Source: Dudresnaya verticillata (taxonomy: Eukaryota). Taken from it: DNA of 64,000 nucleotides. This document shows positions 33,733 through 46,363 of this stretch, one piece after another; position 1 is the first letter of the stretch; each line of letters opens with the position of its first letter. Location of the stretch: contig OZ374564.1 in NCBI GenBank assembly GCA_977862235.1, forward strand, positions 248,001-312,000, given 5' to 3'. The position numbers were made by a program, and so were the translations under genes. Below the pieces are notes generated by a model. The model saw only the letters and a list, made by a program, of their open reading frames with translations. It did no database searches and was not told where the DNA came from.

Positions 33733-36080
33733 GGTGCGGAAGATGGGGCGGTGGGGAGGGGGGAGGGAGGGGAAGGGCAGGGTGGGGGAGAGAGGGGCGC
33801 GCAGGCGCGCGTTAAGTAAGGCGAGAGGGCGGCGTGGGCAAGGCTCGCGCGCGTGTGCGTCGGCGCGAGGCGAGCGACACGGCCGGTGAGACGCGGGGCG
33901 GGCGGGTGCGTGGGGGCGCGGGGCGGGCGCGGGGCGGGCGCGTGAAGGGCGTGCGGGCGGAGGGGGGGGTGGCGGCGGGGTGGCGGGCGGTTATTATATG
34001 CGGGTTGGTGGGGAGGGCGCGCGATGATGATGGCGGCAGAGGCGAGCGGGTCGGCAAGCGCTGCGCGGGGTGGTCGGCACGGCTTAAATTTGGTTCAATT
34101 TTGAGCAGTCGTCGGAAATGCGCAGCCGTGCAGCTTCGCGGCTGCTGACCGGCGTGGGGAAAATGTTTGTCGCGGCTACTGGGCGGCTATTGCGCCGACG
34201 AGAGCGCTGCGTGGCGAAACACGCGCGCGCACACGCAGCAGCGCCTTGCTTTTCGGGGAGGCTGGCGCGCGAGCGGACCGACCGGGTGTGTGGGTCCGCG
34301 GGAGCCTCCGTGACACAGCGGAGGGCTGTAATGTGGCGAAAGTAGTGGGGCTTACAGCGTGCAGATGTGGCGGCAGAACGGCTACAATGGGCGTGGCCGC
34401 GGCGGCAGACGTGGACGTGAGGCGGTGACGGTTGCGATGAATTGTAAACGTTGCATGGCACGTCGGGTTTAAATGTGGATATTTCTACAGCATCGCTGAC
34501 ACGGCCAACGGGGCCCCGTCGTGGCGGGCCAGCTCTGGAGAGTTGTCTGCAACCGTTTGCCATCGGCGTGCAATCAATCTGCAACATGGCTCTTCCGATT
34601 GTGGCTCGCCAAGCACGAATCGGCAAGAAGGATTCCGCCGCTCAACGCCGACTGGGATCACTCATGCGCATTCCCGATTAAAACACATGCACACTGTTGC
34701 GCGCCAAGCCATCGCGGCACATTCTAAACAGCTGCGCGCGCCAACTGCATGCTTATGCGCACGCAGGCTTTGGCGACATCGCCTTCCGCGTCTGAGCTCG
34801 GCCCGCCGCCCCATGATTGTTGACAACTTGCCTCTCCTTGTGCAGAAGCGAACGCCGCACTGCACGTGTCTCGCTCTAATTGATAGCAAGTTGTAACTGC
34901 GTCATTCGCAACGCGTAATTCGAGGCATGCCTTTCAAGGTGCGAATGCCTGCAACATGCTTTGTGTTTGCTTTAATCCTTCAACGCATACCTGGTCTCAT
35001 CTGCTCCAAGACTACTTAAAACTGTTAAAACGCTAACACTACAAGCGCTTCTCCTTGAGCCCGCTACGCAACAACCTTCCACCGTTCTGTCTTGTAGTAT
35101 AGTAATGTCTTACCAGTCGTGCATGTTCACCGGCTTTCTGTAACTCCACCGAGCACTACCGAGTACTGTATCTGTACCCGCCTTGCCATCTGCAGCGTCG
35201 TCCTGGAAGACGTTCCTGTCGGCCTTCCATGACCTTCCCCCGTGCGACACACAGTACACATACAACGCATGGCAAGGATAGATCTACCATTACACGCCTT
35301 TGTCTCACCGCATACCCCCTTTTTGAAAACCGCCTTTTGTTCGTGTCCTACCAGTGCTTTAGTTTTTGTTCTTTATTTCGATACCGAACGCATTTGTTGC
35401 ATTTGGTCCAAAGGACCTCTCTACGACACTACAACTTATGTGTGCTTCACTCGGATTAAGCCTGTAGTCCTTCCCATTCGTAATCGCAAGGTAAACACAA
35501 CTATTTCAAAAAATGTAGCCTGCGCAGTCTCGCCTACGTTTGCCGCACATCAACAACCGCGCCGTAGAGAGAGAGAGCGCGAAACAATGCGTCGCCGTCA
35601 TTTTCACTACTTGCTAGACCGCATACACCGGGATGCACAGGACAGCGTGGTTGCATTTATCGCACACCCACCAGATGCTCACGCACCAGCTTTCATTAAC
35701 ACAGGTGGCACAAAAGCTACAGCAGTGCGCGGCAGAACTCTACCGTGGCCATTATTGACGTCAACTCCACCAGAGTCATCTTGCACTATGGTATCATTAG
35801 CAGCAGCCTCCCATCAGTTTGAGACACAAACCGCACTCCAGGGCGCTCCCGCAGTGGAACGCGCATGTCGACCAGTTGGCAGCCGGGAGGCAGCGCTCCG
35901 CCAGGCGCTGCACCACGGGCCCGGCAAAAAAAATTCGCTCCAGAGCTGCTCTAGAATCCACGATCGCGACAGACCCATATGGCCATTCCGAATGCGCAGG
36001 CCCCGCTCTGTAGTGTTGAAAAAGTACTGCCTGCAGACCGCATCGCTTGCGCGTCGTTTTGGAGCGCTGCATATCAGATC

Positions 36081-36536
36081 ATGAATGCATTCGTGTCTCT
36101 TCCAGCTCTACTGCGCCCTACAAGAACAGCCGCCGCTCTGCGACAAGCCCGTTGTCCGCGACCAACTCCCGCTCGTGTCCCCGTGGCAAACATGACGACG
36201 AGAATCACGCCGCCTGCCGCAAACATTCTGCTCAAGGGAAACGCGCCCCCGGTCTACTTGGACGTCCGCACGCCGGCCGAGTTTGCTGCTGGCCACGTTC
36301 CGGCCTCTGTCAACGTCCCAGTGACGCTTGGCGGAGGCGTACCGGTGCCTACCTTTGTGCAAGACGTCGAGAAGTTGGTGGGGAAGGATGTCTCCCTGAT
36401 TGTTGGGTGCAAGAGCGGCAAGCGCAGCACCATGGCCATCAACATCCTTGAGAAGGCAGGGTTTGCCAGTCTGACCGAAGTCGACGGTGGCTTTGATGCC
36501 TGGTCCTCCGATTCCAGTTTGCCTGTACACCGTTAG
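36081..36536 (+). CDS. Single-domain rhodanese/sulfurtransferase with probable plastid transit peptide
   Basis: MNAFVS Arg/Ala/Pro/Thr-rich leader; YLDVRTPAEFAAGHVPASVNVP; active-site loop CKSGKRS; GGFDAW. Confidence 0.92.
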   Translation: MNAFVSLPALLRPTRTAAALRQARCPRPTPARVPVANMTTRITPPAANILLKGNAPPVYLDVRTPAEFAAGHVPASVNVPVTLGGGVPVPTFVQDVEKLVGKDVSLIVGCKSGKRSTMAINILEKAGFASLTEVDGGFDAWSSDSSLPVHR

Positions 36537-36655
36537 GTTCCCGGTATGCTACACCGATTGTGTTGCTTGCTCGTCATGACAAAGGCAGAAGAAATATGTT
36601 ACAGCGCGCATTGAGGCGTGCGGGTGTACTATGCATGTTGTATTGTGTTTTGAAT

Positions 36656-38512
36656 CTACTCTTCCTTTCCCCCACTGTTGCTCGTTCCCCTTGCCACCTT
36701 CATCAAACCACTTCCTAGTGCGGTCAAACCTGACCTTGTTGATGCTAATGACGCGCTCCCAGTTACCCCCGTAACCTTGCCTGGGCCTTGCTCCCCTCCT
36801 TCTACATCCCCTAAAGTGTCACCAGCAAAGTTTGTCAGTCGCGACCGGTCCATCTTCGCCGAAGATATTGTCAGTGCTGTCATCGAGAGAAAATCGATAA
36901 CGTATACCACATACATCATTCGACTCGTTTCGATGTTCTCTCCGAGCATGGCCGGGCGCCAAACCCGTGAACGATAGTTCAGTCCTACAAGGACATAAAA
37001 CACAAGTTCACATCCAAAGACAAATAAGTCCTCTTGATCACGCGCCTTGAAAACAGCACAAAAGATCACACCGATAAAAATAGGGAACGCGATAGCAGTT
37101 GCGAGCTGCAACATGACGAACATGCTCTCGGAAGCCTCGTACAGCGTCTGGAGCGGATCCTGCTGCAAAATCAGTCCGGCAATGCAAAGCCCGCCGGAGA
37201 AGGCCGTGAGGAAGACGTTCCCGAGAAGTACGTATTGCCGCAACGACACAGACTTTGTCACCGACCAGACTGTGGAGAACGTGACAAACATTGGGAACCC
37301 AACCAAGCCAACACACAACAGCAATGCAACGACGGTCCCATACTTTGACGGCAGAAGATGATCGACGCTCTTTTCAACTCGTTTCTCGAGCAGCTCCAAC
37401 CGATGCCGCATCTTGGTGACTTTTGGGGCCATGTATTTGCGGGCGTAATACTTCATTGCGTCCGTCTCCGGTGTGTCCACAAGAATCGCTGCGCGCTCGG
37501 CGCGTTGCCGAACCCAGAGGCCAAGATCAGGATGTTGGATCTTTTCTTGGAGCTCATGTAAGGTCTTCTGCTCGTCTGAGAGAATCTGGCCGAGCACTTG
37601 CTTCTCCTCATAAAGCTCATCAAATGCTCTCTTTCTTTCCTCAATGGCCGCCTTGAGCTCCTCTTTCTCCACCTTATGCTCCTGCTTCTCTCTATCTAGA
37701 GCTTTTCGGAACACATTCCTCGACCGGTCTAGCTCCGATTTGACGTCATCACCCTGACTCTGGGTTGCCTCCAGCGTACGCTTCAGATTCTCGAGCTGCG
37801 CCAACATGTCTTTGTTGCTCTTCCGAACAGACTCAAGATCAGTTGCCAGCTCCTTTTCATGCTGACTTGGCTGCGGAGGAGCAGCGGGGGCACCAGCCAT
37901 GGCAGTACGCCTTGCCAACGCTCTCAGCCTCTCACCTTCCCTGGGCTGGTGCGGCTTCGGCGGGACACCGTCGGCGCCATCAGCAGAGAAGAGGCGGTCG
38001 CCAGGATGCGCGACCATGCCTTGCGGCGGGGCGGCGTCTGTGACGCGCTTGTCCTTCTTCCCGAGGTACGGAACAGAGTCATCGTCCTTGCTCGCCGCCT
38101 CCACACGCGCAATCTCCATGATCTCGGTGTCGGTCAGGCCCATGCTCTTGAGGCTGGCACTCAACCCGCCGTGCTTTTTGCTCTTCCCGGGCGAGTGGTC
38201 CGCGAGGTCGTCCCGTAGCGCCTTCAGATCGGCCTTTGACAGGTCCATGGTATCGGTATCGCCCACGTCTGCCTTGGAGAGCCCCAACGGCGGGGTGTCG
38301 TCGTCGTCATCGTCGTCGTCCGCGGCACGGTCTGCCGCATCGCGCCCAGAAAGCGCGGCGCCGCGGTCCGCCTCGTCGTCTTTTTCGCCCGCGCCCAAAG
38401 AGTCATCGCCTGCTTGTGCACTCGCACGCAAGCAGAGCAGCAGCACTGTCAGGAGGAGCAGAAGGAGGAGTGACAGGCGGGGCGTGCCATGGTATCGACG
38501 AGTGCCGGGCAT
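36656..38512 (-). CDS. Unknown secretory-pathway membrane protein: signal peptide, acidic region, long coiled coil, ~5 C-terminal TM helices (618 aa)
   Basis: LSLLLLLLLTVLLLCLRASA signal; heptad-rich E/K/L stretch; five hydrophobic segments; normal coding composition. Confidence 0.85.
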   Translation of the reverse strand: MPGTRRYHGTPRLSLLLLLLLTVLLLCLRASAQAGDDSLGAGEKDDEADRGAALSGRDAADRAADDDDDDDDTPPLGLSKADVGDTDTMDLSKADLKALRDDLADHSPGKSKKHGGLSASLKSMGLTDTEIMEIARVEAASKDDDSVPYLGKKDKRVTDAAPPQGMVAHPGDRLFSADGADGVPPKPHQPREGERLRALARRTAMAGAPAAPPQPSQHEKELATDLESVRKSNKDMLAQLENLKRTLEATQSQGDDVKSELDRSRNVFRKALDREKQEHKVEKEELKAAIEERKRAFDELYEEKQVLGQILSDEQKTLHELQEKIQHPDLGLWVRQRAERAAILVDTPETDAMKYYARKYMAPKVTKMRHRLELLEKRVEKSVDHLLPSKYGTVVALLLCVGLVGFPMFVTFSTVWSVTKSVSLRQYVLLGNVFLTAFSGGLCIAGLILQQDPLQTLYEASESMFVMLQLATAIAFPIFIGVIFCAVFKARDQEDLFVFGCELVFYVLVGLNYRSRVWRPAMLGENIETSRMMYVVYVIDFLSMTALTISSAKMDRSRLTNFAGDTLGDVEGGEQGPGKVTGVTGSASLASTRSGLTALGSGLMKVARGTSNSGGKEE

Positions 38513-39182
38513 TTCAGGGTTGGCCGCGGCGCTGGGGCGAGCCGAAGAGAACTGCGGCGCCTCGCTCGATAACGAGGGTGTGGAAAGACGTTAATGACGC
38601 GCGGGGTGGAGATTTGAGAAAGGGGAGCGCGCAGTGCCGGGTGTTTACCGTCCGCGACACCCCGAAGCGAACAGGAGCGGACCGCGGAAGCAAAGCGTGT
38701 TTCTTTTCTTGATTTATTTTTGAGAGGTTTTCGTTGACGCGCGTCGCAACAGCAATGCAGACGATGATCTTTTTGGGATGGCAGCCACCTGCGCCGGCCA
38801 AAAGCAGTCACACACGAGACAGTCTGTCCGCATTCCGCCAGGCAACGAGCCGGATCACCAAGTTGCTTGCGGTTCATCAGAAGCGCATCGTTTCCATTTC
38901 AGGCGATTTGCATGCCTTCCGTAGACATGCTCTGCTACGGGTGCTTCCCAAAGGGGTAGCGTCTGTTTCCAGCTTATTCCTGTGCTCTGAACAGATTGCA
39001 TTCTAATTGTCAATACGACTCCCATCCACATCATTTCTCACCCGCGAGCAGCATGCAAACACTTTTTACCACATCTGCTCAGATATCTTTTGAGGTTTGT
39101 CGTATAGTGGAAACCGGTTAACCCGGAAACAGTTGAATCTCAACGTTTACGAACAAGCAAACACGATCATGTTTTCGTCCCG

Positions 39183-40599
39183 CTACTCCTCAAAGCTAAA
39201 GCTGGGATACTTGGCCTGAATGGTCTCGTACTTTTCGCGGATCGCCAGCATATCACGCTGCAGCGCCTCCGGCACCTGAGTCCCACCGTTCCTCTCGCAC
39301 GCCAAAGTTCCCTCATGTTCCAGCTCACCAGCCGTGTAGATGCGCCCCGGACCCTTCGGGTCCTTGTCCGACTCTCGCAACGACCGCAAGAACGTCCCAG
39401 TGTTCTGCTTGAACTTGTCAAGCGTCAGGAACCGCTCCACGTCGATCGCAATGAAGAAGTGCCCCAGAGGCATTGGCTTCTTCTCTCCAGTTTCCTTATC
39501 CACGCCGCTCAGCTCCGGGCTAGTCTTTCCGCTGCACAGAGCAGAGGACAGCAGCTCCACCACCGTGGCATATCCGTATCCTAGTTGCAAATCGCAAAGA
39601 AATCACAGAACAAGGTTAGGATAGGTTAGCGACTAGCACATCAGCTATTTCTTAGCGATTAGTTTTCGCGAAAACATGTCAAGACATACCTTTGTAGCCT
39701 CCCATCTCAATACCGGTACCACCGAGCGGAGCCAAGGAACAATACCCGGTCTGCAGGTCACGGAGAATCTGCTCGGTATCCGTTCTAACGTTACCATCGC
39801 GGTCAACCACCTGTCCAGGCGGGGTGGGCTTGCCCTCGCGAGCATACTTCTCAATCTTACCCCTCTGGTTGACGGAGGTAGCGCAATCCAAAATGAATGG
39901 GAAGGGATCATCACTCGGCATACCAAACGTGATCGGGTTTGTGCCAAGCATCGGCTGCACACCGTAGGTCGGGGCAATGCTCGGGCGGGCATTGGTACCC
40001 GTAATGCCAATGCAACCACGCGCCTGGGCCTTGTCGACATAGTAACCGGCAGCACCATAGTGAGTACTGTTGCGCGCAACGACCATAGCCAGGCCGTGCT
40101 TCTTCGCCTTATCAAGACAGATATCCATGCACTTTGGGCCGATGAAGAGGCCAAGACCCCCATGGCCATCGACGACAGCTGTAGTCTCGGTGTCACTGAC
40201 AACCTCAAACGGTGCAGTCGGCTTGAGAATGCCGGCATTGATGCGATCAATGTAGATGGGCTTGAGACGGCCAATGCCATGGGTAGAAACGCCGTGCAGA
40301 TCGGCCCACTCCAGGACCTCCGCGGCGACGACGGCCTCCTCCTCGGGGGTGCCGGCGGCGACAAGCGCATCCTGCATGAAGCGGCGAAGGAAGGCGAGCT
40401 CGACGGTAGCAAACTTGACGGCGGGCTTCTCCGGAGCGGGCTGCTTTGCGGTGGGAGCAGGGTCGGACGGGAAGACCTTGTCCCACTTGGCCAGGAGCTC
40501 GGTCATGACGGCGGCATCGTCGCCATGCAGCTTGCCCGCCAGCGCGGACACGCGGGCACGGAGCTCTTCCTGGGCTGCGGCAGACTGCGTGGACACCAT
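39183..40599 (-). CDS. Ldh_2 (malate/L-lactate/ureidoglycolate/sulfolactate dehydrogenase) family oxidoreductase; exons 40599-39690 and 39580-39183
   Basis: ADLHGVSTHGIGRL, VDGHGGLG, RNSTHYGAAGYY, LGTNPI, LDCATS. Intron 39581-39689 (GTATGT...CTAAC...CTAG) joins the exons into GGYKGYG. Exon 2 has GHFFIAID. Confidence 0.93.
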
Positions 40600-41373
40600 T
40601 TTGGGGTGGGGACGGGCGTGACGGAGGAGGGGGTGACGCGCGAGGCGGAGAATGCTTGGCGGGGATGGATCGGGGGCGGGGGACGGGAGCGGGGGGCGTG
40701 CGGCGATGCAGGCGAACGGGGTGGATCGGGCGGTTGCGGGATCAAGAAATAGCGACGCGGGGGCTTCGAATCGCTGTCGAGCGGTTCCATCGGGGTTGCG
40801 GCCAGCGCCGGGATCTGACGCAATGGCCCGGTACGCGGGCGAGAGAGAGGCGATAAAAGTTTAGCGAGAGGGTTCTGTTCGAATGCAGATTGGGCTGGGC
40901 CGTTGGGAGGACGAGGGCTGTGATTCGGCAAAGCGGGGCGAGGGCGAGGCGGTTGCACCCAATGGGGTGAGGCGGGGAGATTGTCTCCTAGGTGGTGGCG
41001 ATCCCGCCTGCCAAGTGGCTCCACAACAGCAGCGAGAACATATCTCATTAAAATCTACCCATTCCGCTTTTGGCGCCGGTCCCACTTGCTGCTCCCGACA
41101 GTCACCAGCGACGTTATTCCTCGGCGCCTATTGCGCAGTCTGACAGTCGCACAACCTCGGGCCGCCGAAAGCCTACTGCAACAAGAGGAGCGTCTGCGTC
41201 GCGGTCACAAACGGTCCGCTGTAGCACGCCTACTTATCCAAACCCTTGTGCAGCAGGCCCCTCATGCTTTACTCGCTCGCAAAGGCCGAGTATTATCCTG
41301 CATCGTAGTTTAAAAATACCAATCTCGCAAATGTCTATAAGCTTCCGTAACTCCTACCAAAACGACACCATCC

Positions 41374-42906
41374 CTACCTCTTCGCACACGCCCTCTCATC
41401 ATCTGGCGCGTCGGTCGACCACAACAGCACCTGTCCATCCCACGAGCTAGTGGTCAAAAAGCACCCAAGCGGGTGCCACGACACATCTCGCACAGGCGCA
41501 CGATGCGTGTCAAGCACCCGAACAGCCTTCCCGGTGAGCACGTCGTAGACCACGCACTTGCCATCGCTAGACCCGCAGTAGATGTACTTCTGCCCGGTCG
41601 TGTGCGCCGGGCTGAAATGCGCCCGGATAAGCGTCTGCAGCGTCGAGTGCTCTCCGGCGTACGTCATCACCGAGTCGTCACGAAAGCTCTGCGACGTCGT
41701 CGACAGCCGCGGGTATTCCTGCACCCGGTAGTCAAACGACATGTCGCGCGGCGGCATTCTTACTGACCGTACGTCCGATTGCGATAGAAACTTTCGCGCG
41801 TCCCATAGCTTGATGTACTGGTCCTTTCCATTGCTCAAAAAGAACCGTCCGTCGTTCTTTGTCGATACGCAAGTTAGTCCGAATTGATGTCCTACAAATA
41901 GACCGCATGGCCGATGTTTCTTTCCTGCAAGTCGAGATGCAGCATCCCTCCTATCCCACATCTTAACTGTACTCATCAACCGAAGCAGTGAAACAAAAAA
42001 TCGGCAACGCAGAGGAAACGGTTGTTAGTACTCAACATGCTTCGTACAATGGTAATATAATGGCTTCAATGCTTCAAACGTACCAAGCGCATCATCCGAC
42101 CCGGAAAGAATCAGATTTCGTTCGCTTCTCTGCATGAAGCAAACCGAGTTAACATCCTCGTCGTGCGCCTCAATTACCTCGACTACCCTCCGCACCTCCA
42201 CATCATATACAATAACCCTTCCATAGCACCGCATTCTCCCCTCGCTCGTCCCAGCAATAATCTCTCTCCCATCATGGCTCCACATCAAGCTCCAAATATC
42301 CAGCCTGCCCTCCTCAGACGTCGAGAAGTCTAATGGAACTTGTGGTCGGCTCTTATCCTGCAAGTCGACCAAATGCACGTATCGGTTCATCGACGCGTAC
42401 GCAAGCCACCTCCCGTCCGGGCTCACGTCAAAGTCGGTGATAGTCCATCGGACCCCGTTCGCTGTAATTGAATGCGTTCTCCTCCACGCAGACTCATTCT
42501 CGGACATCCCCGTTTCGTAAACGCGAATACGTCGATCTTGACAAGATGTGACAAAGCGGCTCCCATCATCGTCGATGAAGCGCCCGCCATAGACGCTCTG
42601 CTTGTACCAGTCAACGCAGCGATGAACCTGGAAGGGTACGACACTGTGCCCAAGAACAGAGGTTGGGAAGTTCTCGCCTCGTGCAGCAGCCTCAGTTGCA
42701 CGAAATCTTGAGACGGCACGGCGCTTTGAGGGCAAGTCAGTCGCGGCATATACGGCATCACTCAAGTCTGTGAGGGAGGGAGATGGGACCGGGTCCGGGG
42801 CTGGTGGCTTGCGACGGTTTCCGTGTCGCTCAGAGGGCATCATGCGGCGCAGCTCGCGGATGAACATGATGGAGCTGATGTAGTTGCCATCGTAGGAGTT
42901 CGCCAT
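41374..42906 (-). CDS. WD40 protein, DCAF11/WDR23/LEC14B-like; exons 42906-42084 and 41966-41374
   Basis: RWTITDFDVSPD, AHDEDVNSVCF, SGSDD. Intron 41967-42083 (GTACGT...CTAAC...ACAG) gives ALVKMWDRR. Then SNGKDQ-x-IKLWD and HSTLQTLIRAHFSPAHTTGQKYIYCGS, a family signature. Confidence 0.92.
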
Positions 42907-45204
42907 GTCTCAGCCGCTGCTTGCGGTGCCAAGAGCGTGTGACAGCCTCCGAAACGGCACCGGCAACGACTTGTAAATTTCGCAGAGCGGTACGTTCGAT
43001 ACTTCCTCGGCGGTTACAACACAAGGGAGCTGACCGAGTTCTCTTCCAGGAAGTCCGCGCACGAAGATGGTTTTTGCCTGTCCTGCCGCGGAATAGAGAA
43101 GCTAGAAGAGGCGCAGGACGCGAGACGAAGAGATGGTTCACAGTGACTACAGCCGGGACGTTGTCCAATGACAGAGCGGAACTGTTGTGTGTGTAGAAAG
43201 GGAACGAGCAATGGCACAACGGCACTGGTAGGGAGGGGGGGAAGAAATGCGGGAGGAGAGCTGCCAGGAGAGACAACGAAGGGGGGTTTGAGGAGGTTGG
43301 TGAGCCGAACAGGTCCTGCAGCACACTGCCCAACACGGGCGCCAGTCTTGCGCTATTCTCGTTTCTACTCTGGAAGCTAAAGGCGTTGCAGGCATCTCGA
43401 GCCAGTGCGGCGGCTGCGTTCTCTCGTGGCATGGCGCAGGTATCGAATTGAAGGCTGTGCCTGAACAGCGCAGGGCGCACAAGAAGCTCAGCCACTCACA
43501 TCATTGCATTGCTCCCCGAAGGCCGCATGGTGCATTTCTGTTGGGCCAATCTTACCGTGAGTGCCCAATCACACGCGCGCATCAAAGGCACATGCAGGTG
43601 GAGAGAGCAATCCGGTTGTCCAGACGGTCCCTGCCATTGAGGCCTCCTCATGTTGCGCGGTGGGCGTCACCTCTGTCGACCTCGGTGCCAGCATCCGTCG
43701 TCAAGATAGACTCAAAACGCCTCCCAATTTCCACATCCACTTGGTCAGAAAACGTCCCTAAGCCTACGCAGGCAGAGACAGAAAGGAGTTGAGAGCCGGC
43801 CGATCGCTGCGCAACTCTTCACTTGATTACGAAGGTACCTTCGAGAGAGTTGCCATAGATTTGCCCGAATGCCATTTCTTACTGCAGCCTGATTTTATTC
43901 ACGAAATCTCCAGTGTTGCAACATTAGCAGCCAAAGGAGAGGAGGTCTAATGTTACTCAAGGCAACTTCTCATTCCTATTGAGCACCTGAAGCATTTGCC
44001 GTTGATCTCGAGAGTCATGTTCAGTTCTACGCTTTGAATGGTGAATTGCTCTATCATGAAGCTTTCTCAGCCTTCAGGTAGTTCAGAAGGCAGAGCGTCT
44101 GCTTGGCTTCCCCCATATTAGGCACAGCATTGACGCCAAGTGTTTGCTTGGCCATCATGCACTTTGCACCGATGGAGGCAGAGTCCGCTACTGTGCTTTC
44201 CAGTTGCGTTACGCTGTATCACCTTTCCTGTAAGGTGTCATTATGGAGAACCGGTGAAGCCTAGCGCCTGTAGTAGTCTTTCTGCGCAGTATACCATATG
44301 CAGCGGATTGCCTTCACCTTTGGTGCGCTGCCGAGTCATCTGGCATATTTCTCTTTGACAAGCCAGGGCAAACGGAGTGCGTCCTCATCGTCAATTTGAA
44401 CAAATCGCAGAGCGATACACACCGGGGATATCGCTTATGCTAGAAATATGCCCTCAGATATGGGTGTTTCTATGCCAAGCTGCCAAATGCAAACCGTGCC
44501 GTGCTGTCAACTGGAAATATTATCGTGACATCAAGCTAATGAAGAGCATGCACTTTTAACGTGTCGAGGAAAACTGCCGCGGCATACGTCCTGGTACTGA
44601 GTCTTTGTCTAGAGCACGATCGAGGGATAGCTTCAGTGCGACATCTCACGTGGTGCGAAAATGACAGTGCTACAACATTGCTTGAAATTGGCAATGCAAC
44701 CCTCGCATCATTCTCCTTTTGAGGCTGGGCAGCACCACTTGTTGTACCAGACAAAGAACGCTCAATAACCGTGTTGTCCGAAGCCAGCGATTCTCGAGGC
44801 AGCAAAGAGAAGCAAACGCATAGAATCTCATCCTGTCACTGCCTCCAGGAACGGGGCTTTGTTGCTCGGGAATTCTTGCGACAAAACACAGGGCGGCCAA
44901 GTGAGCGCAACCTGCAAAACAGAACCAAACTGATCTGGGCTTCTGCGATTACCGGGGACAAGGGAGCGTGCATTCACAGTCGCGGTCGCACGTAGCGCTG
45001 TTATAAAGGGTGTACCAAGGGGGCCTGTACGGCATTTGTAATTGTTAGCTTTACAAGGGAAGTCGCTTCGCACTGCTCTCGCCGAATCCACACAGCTAGA
45101 GCGACGTCCACATGATCACGGGCATTCTCGTGGTGTGAAGGCAACATGCATACCGACGAATCGAAGCTTTGCGAGCTGACGACCAAGACATGATCAAGCG
45201 GCAA

Positions 45205-45684
45205 TTACACAATAAACTCGTACGGGATCGGATCGACGAGCTCCATCTTGCTACCGTCGACGACATGTGCCTTAGACGGCAAGACCGGGGTGCGCTTGAT
45301 GACGTTGTACTTCTCGCCACGCCCATGAGCCTCACGGGCTTCGAGTTCGCGACCCTTGCATCGCTTGAGGTAGTCCTCGTTACACCGAGACTTCTTGACG
45401 TGCTCGATGCGAATGTGAAAGCGCTTCATCATGATGTGGTTTCTAATGGTCTTAGAAACCTCGACACCGACCGACCGTCGCGAAACGTTGAAAACGCGAC
45501 CACTGCGCCCCTGGTAGAACTTGCCCGGCATGCCCTTCATCACAGCAGGGTTGATGTGGATGTCAACAAAATCGCCGACCTTGAAGACCTGGAGATAGGT
45601 CGACAGATGCTCATTTCCCTTCTTGCGGAAGGACTTCTTGAAGAGATCGCGCGTGTTCGCGCGGGTTCCGTTGGAGCGGACCAT
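45205..45684 (-). CDS. RPL21: 60S ribosomal protein L21 (eL21)
   Basis: TRDLFKKSFRKKG...LSTYLQVFKVGDFVDI...KGMP-x-KFYQGRSGRVFNV...RIEHVKKSRC...PIPYEF. Confidence 0.98.
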   Translation of the reverse strand: MVRSNGTRANTRDLFKKSFRKKGNEHLSTYLQVFKVGDFVDIHINPAVMKGMPGKFYQGRSGRVFNVSRRSVGVEVSKTIRNHIMMKRFHIRIEHVKKSRCNEDYLKRCKGRELEAREAHGRGEKYNVIKRTPVLPSKAHVVDGSKMELVDPIPYEFIV

Positions 45685-46363
45685 CGCGAACTAGAGGCTG
45701 GGTACGGCGGGAGAACGCGTGCTGGGAAGCGGAGTTGGGATGGGCGGGAGGGGAGGGGGCAATCATATGGTCACCGGCGACGAAGAGATGGGATTTCCAA
45801 TGTCGACGAGACTGGCCGGATCGCCGACGCCGCGCTGCTAGGGTTATGAATTACAGTTTTGATAAACTTACAGAGTGGAGAAATAATCTCGAATTGGGAC
45901 AATCCGTGAAATATTTTCATTAAATCAAAACCTTTCGCTGATCTGTGCGGCATTGATCCAAAGTAGGAACACCGCGACGCAGCTGAGATCGAAGGCGCTC
46001 AGTCGGCGCTCTTGTGATATCAACACTACTATTTTTCTCACAGCGCACGCAGACTGGCTCGCAGCCTCGCTCGGAGATCAGAGAAAGCTCTGCGAAGGCC
46101 GTTTCTCCTCTACTGCGCTGGTAAGATGATACAGTACCATTTCTGTGACTGTTCCATCAGCGGAGAGCAAACGCTGGTCCATTGCGGCAATCATTGCTGC
46201 TGGAGATGGGCATAAAATCAACAGCTTGTAAATTGCTGCGGTCGGCCTCTGGACTGGGCAAAAGCACACAAACGACATTGCCAGGCAAGCCTCACCGCAT
46301 CCAAAATCACCATCTCGTAGTATCTGCAGGGTCAAACAAGACAACCACAGCTGAACTCAAACG

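Noticed and set aside
39676..40752. 358-aa + strand ORF (similarly 1607-2548, 11878-13188, 45169-45849, 50961-51869)
   Set aside because: Antisense shadows of real genes with high GC3.
42830..43495. 221-aa minus-strand ORF upstream of the WD40 gene
   Set aside because: No recognisable domain and it overlaps the WD40 start out of frame; more likely 5' UTR/promoter.
43811..43853. GCAACTCT...CGAAGGTACCTTCG...AGAGTTGC interrupted hairpin
   Set aside because: Short stems with a large bulge and no ncRNA hallmarks; could be chance.
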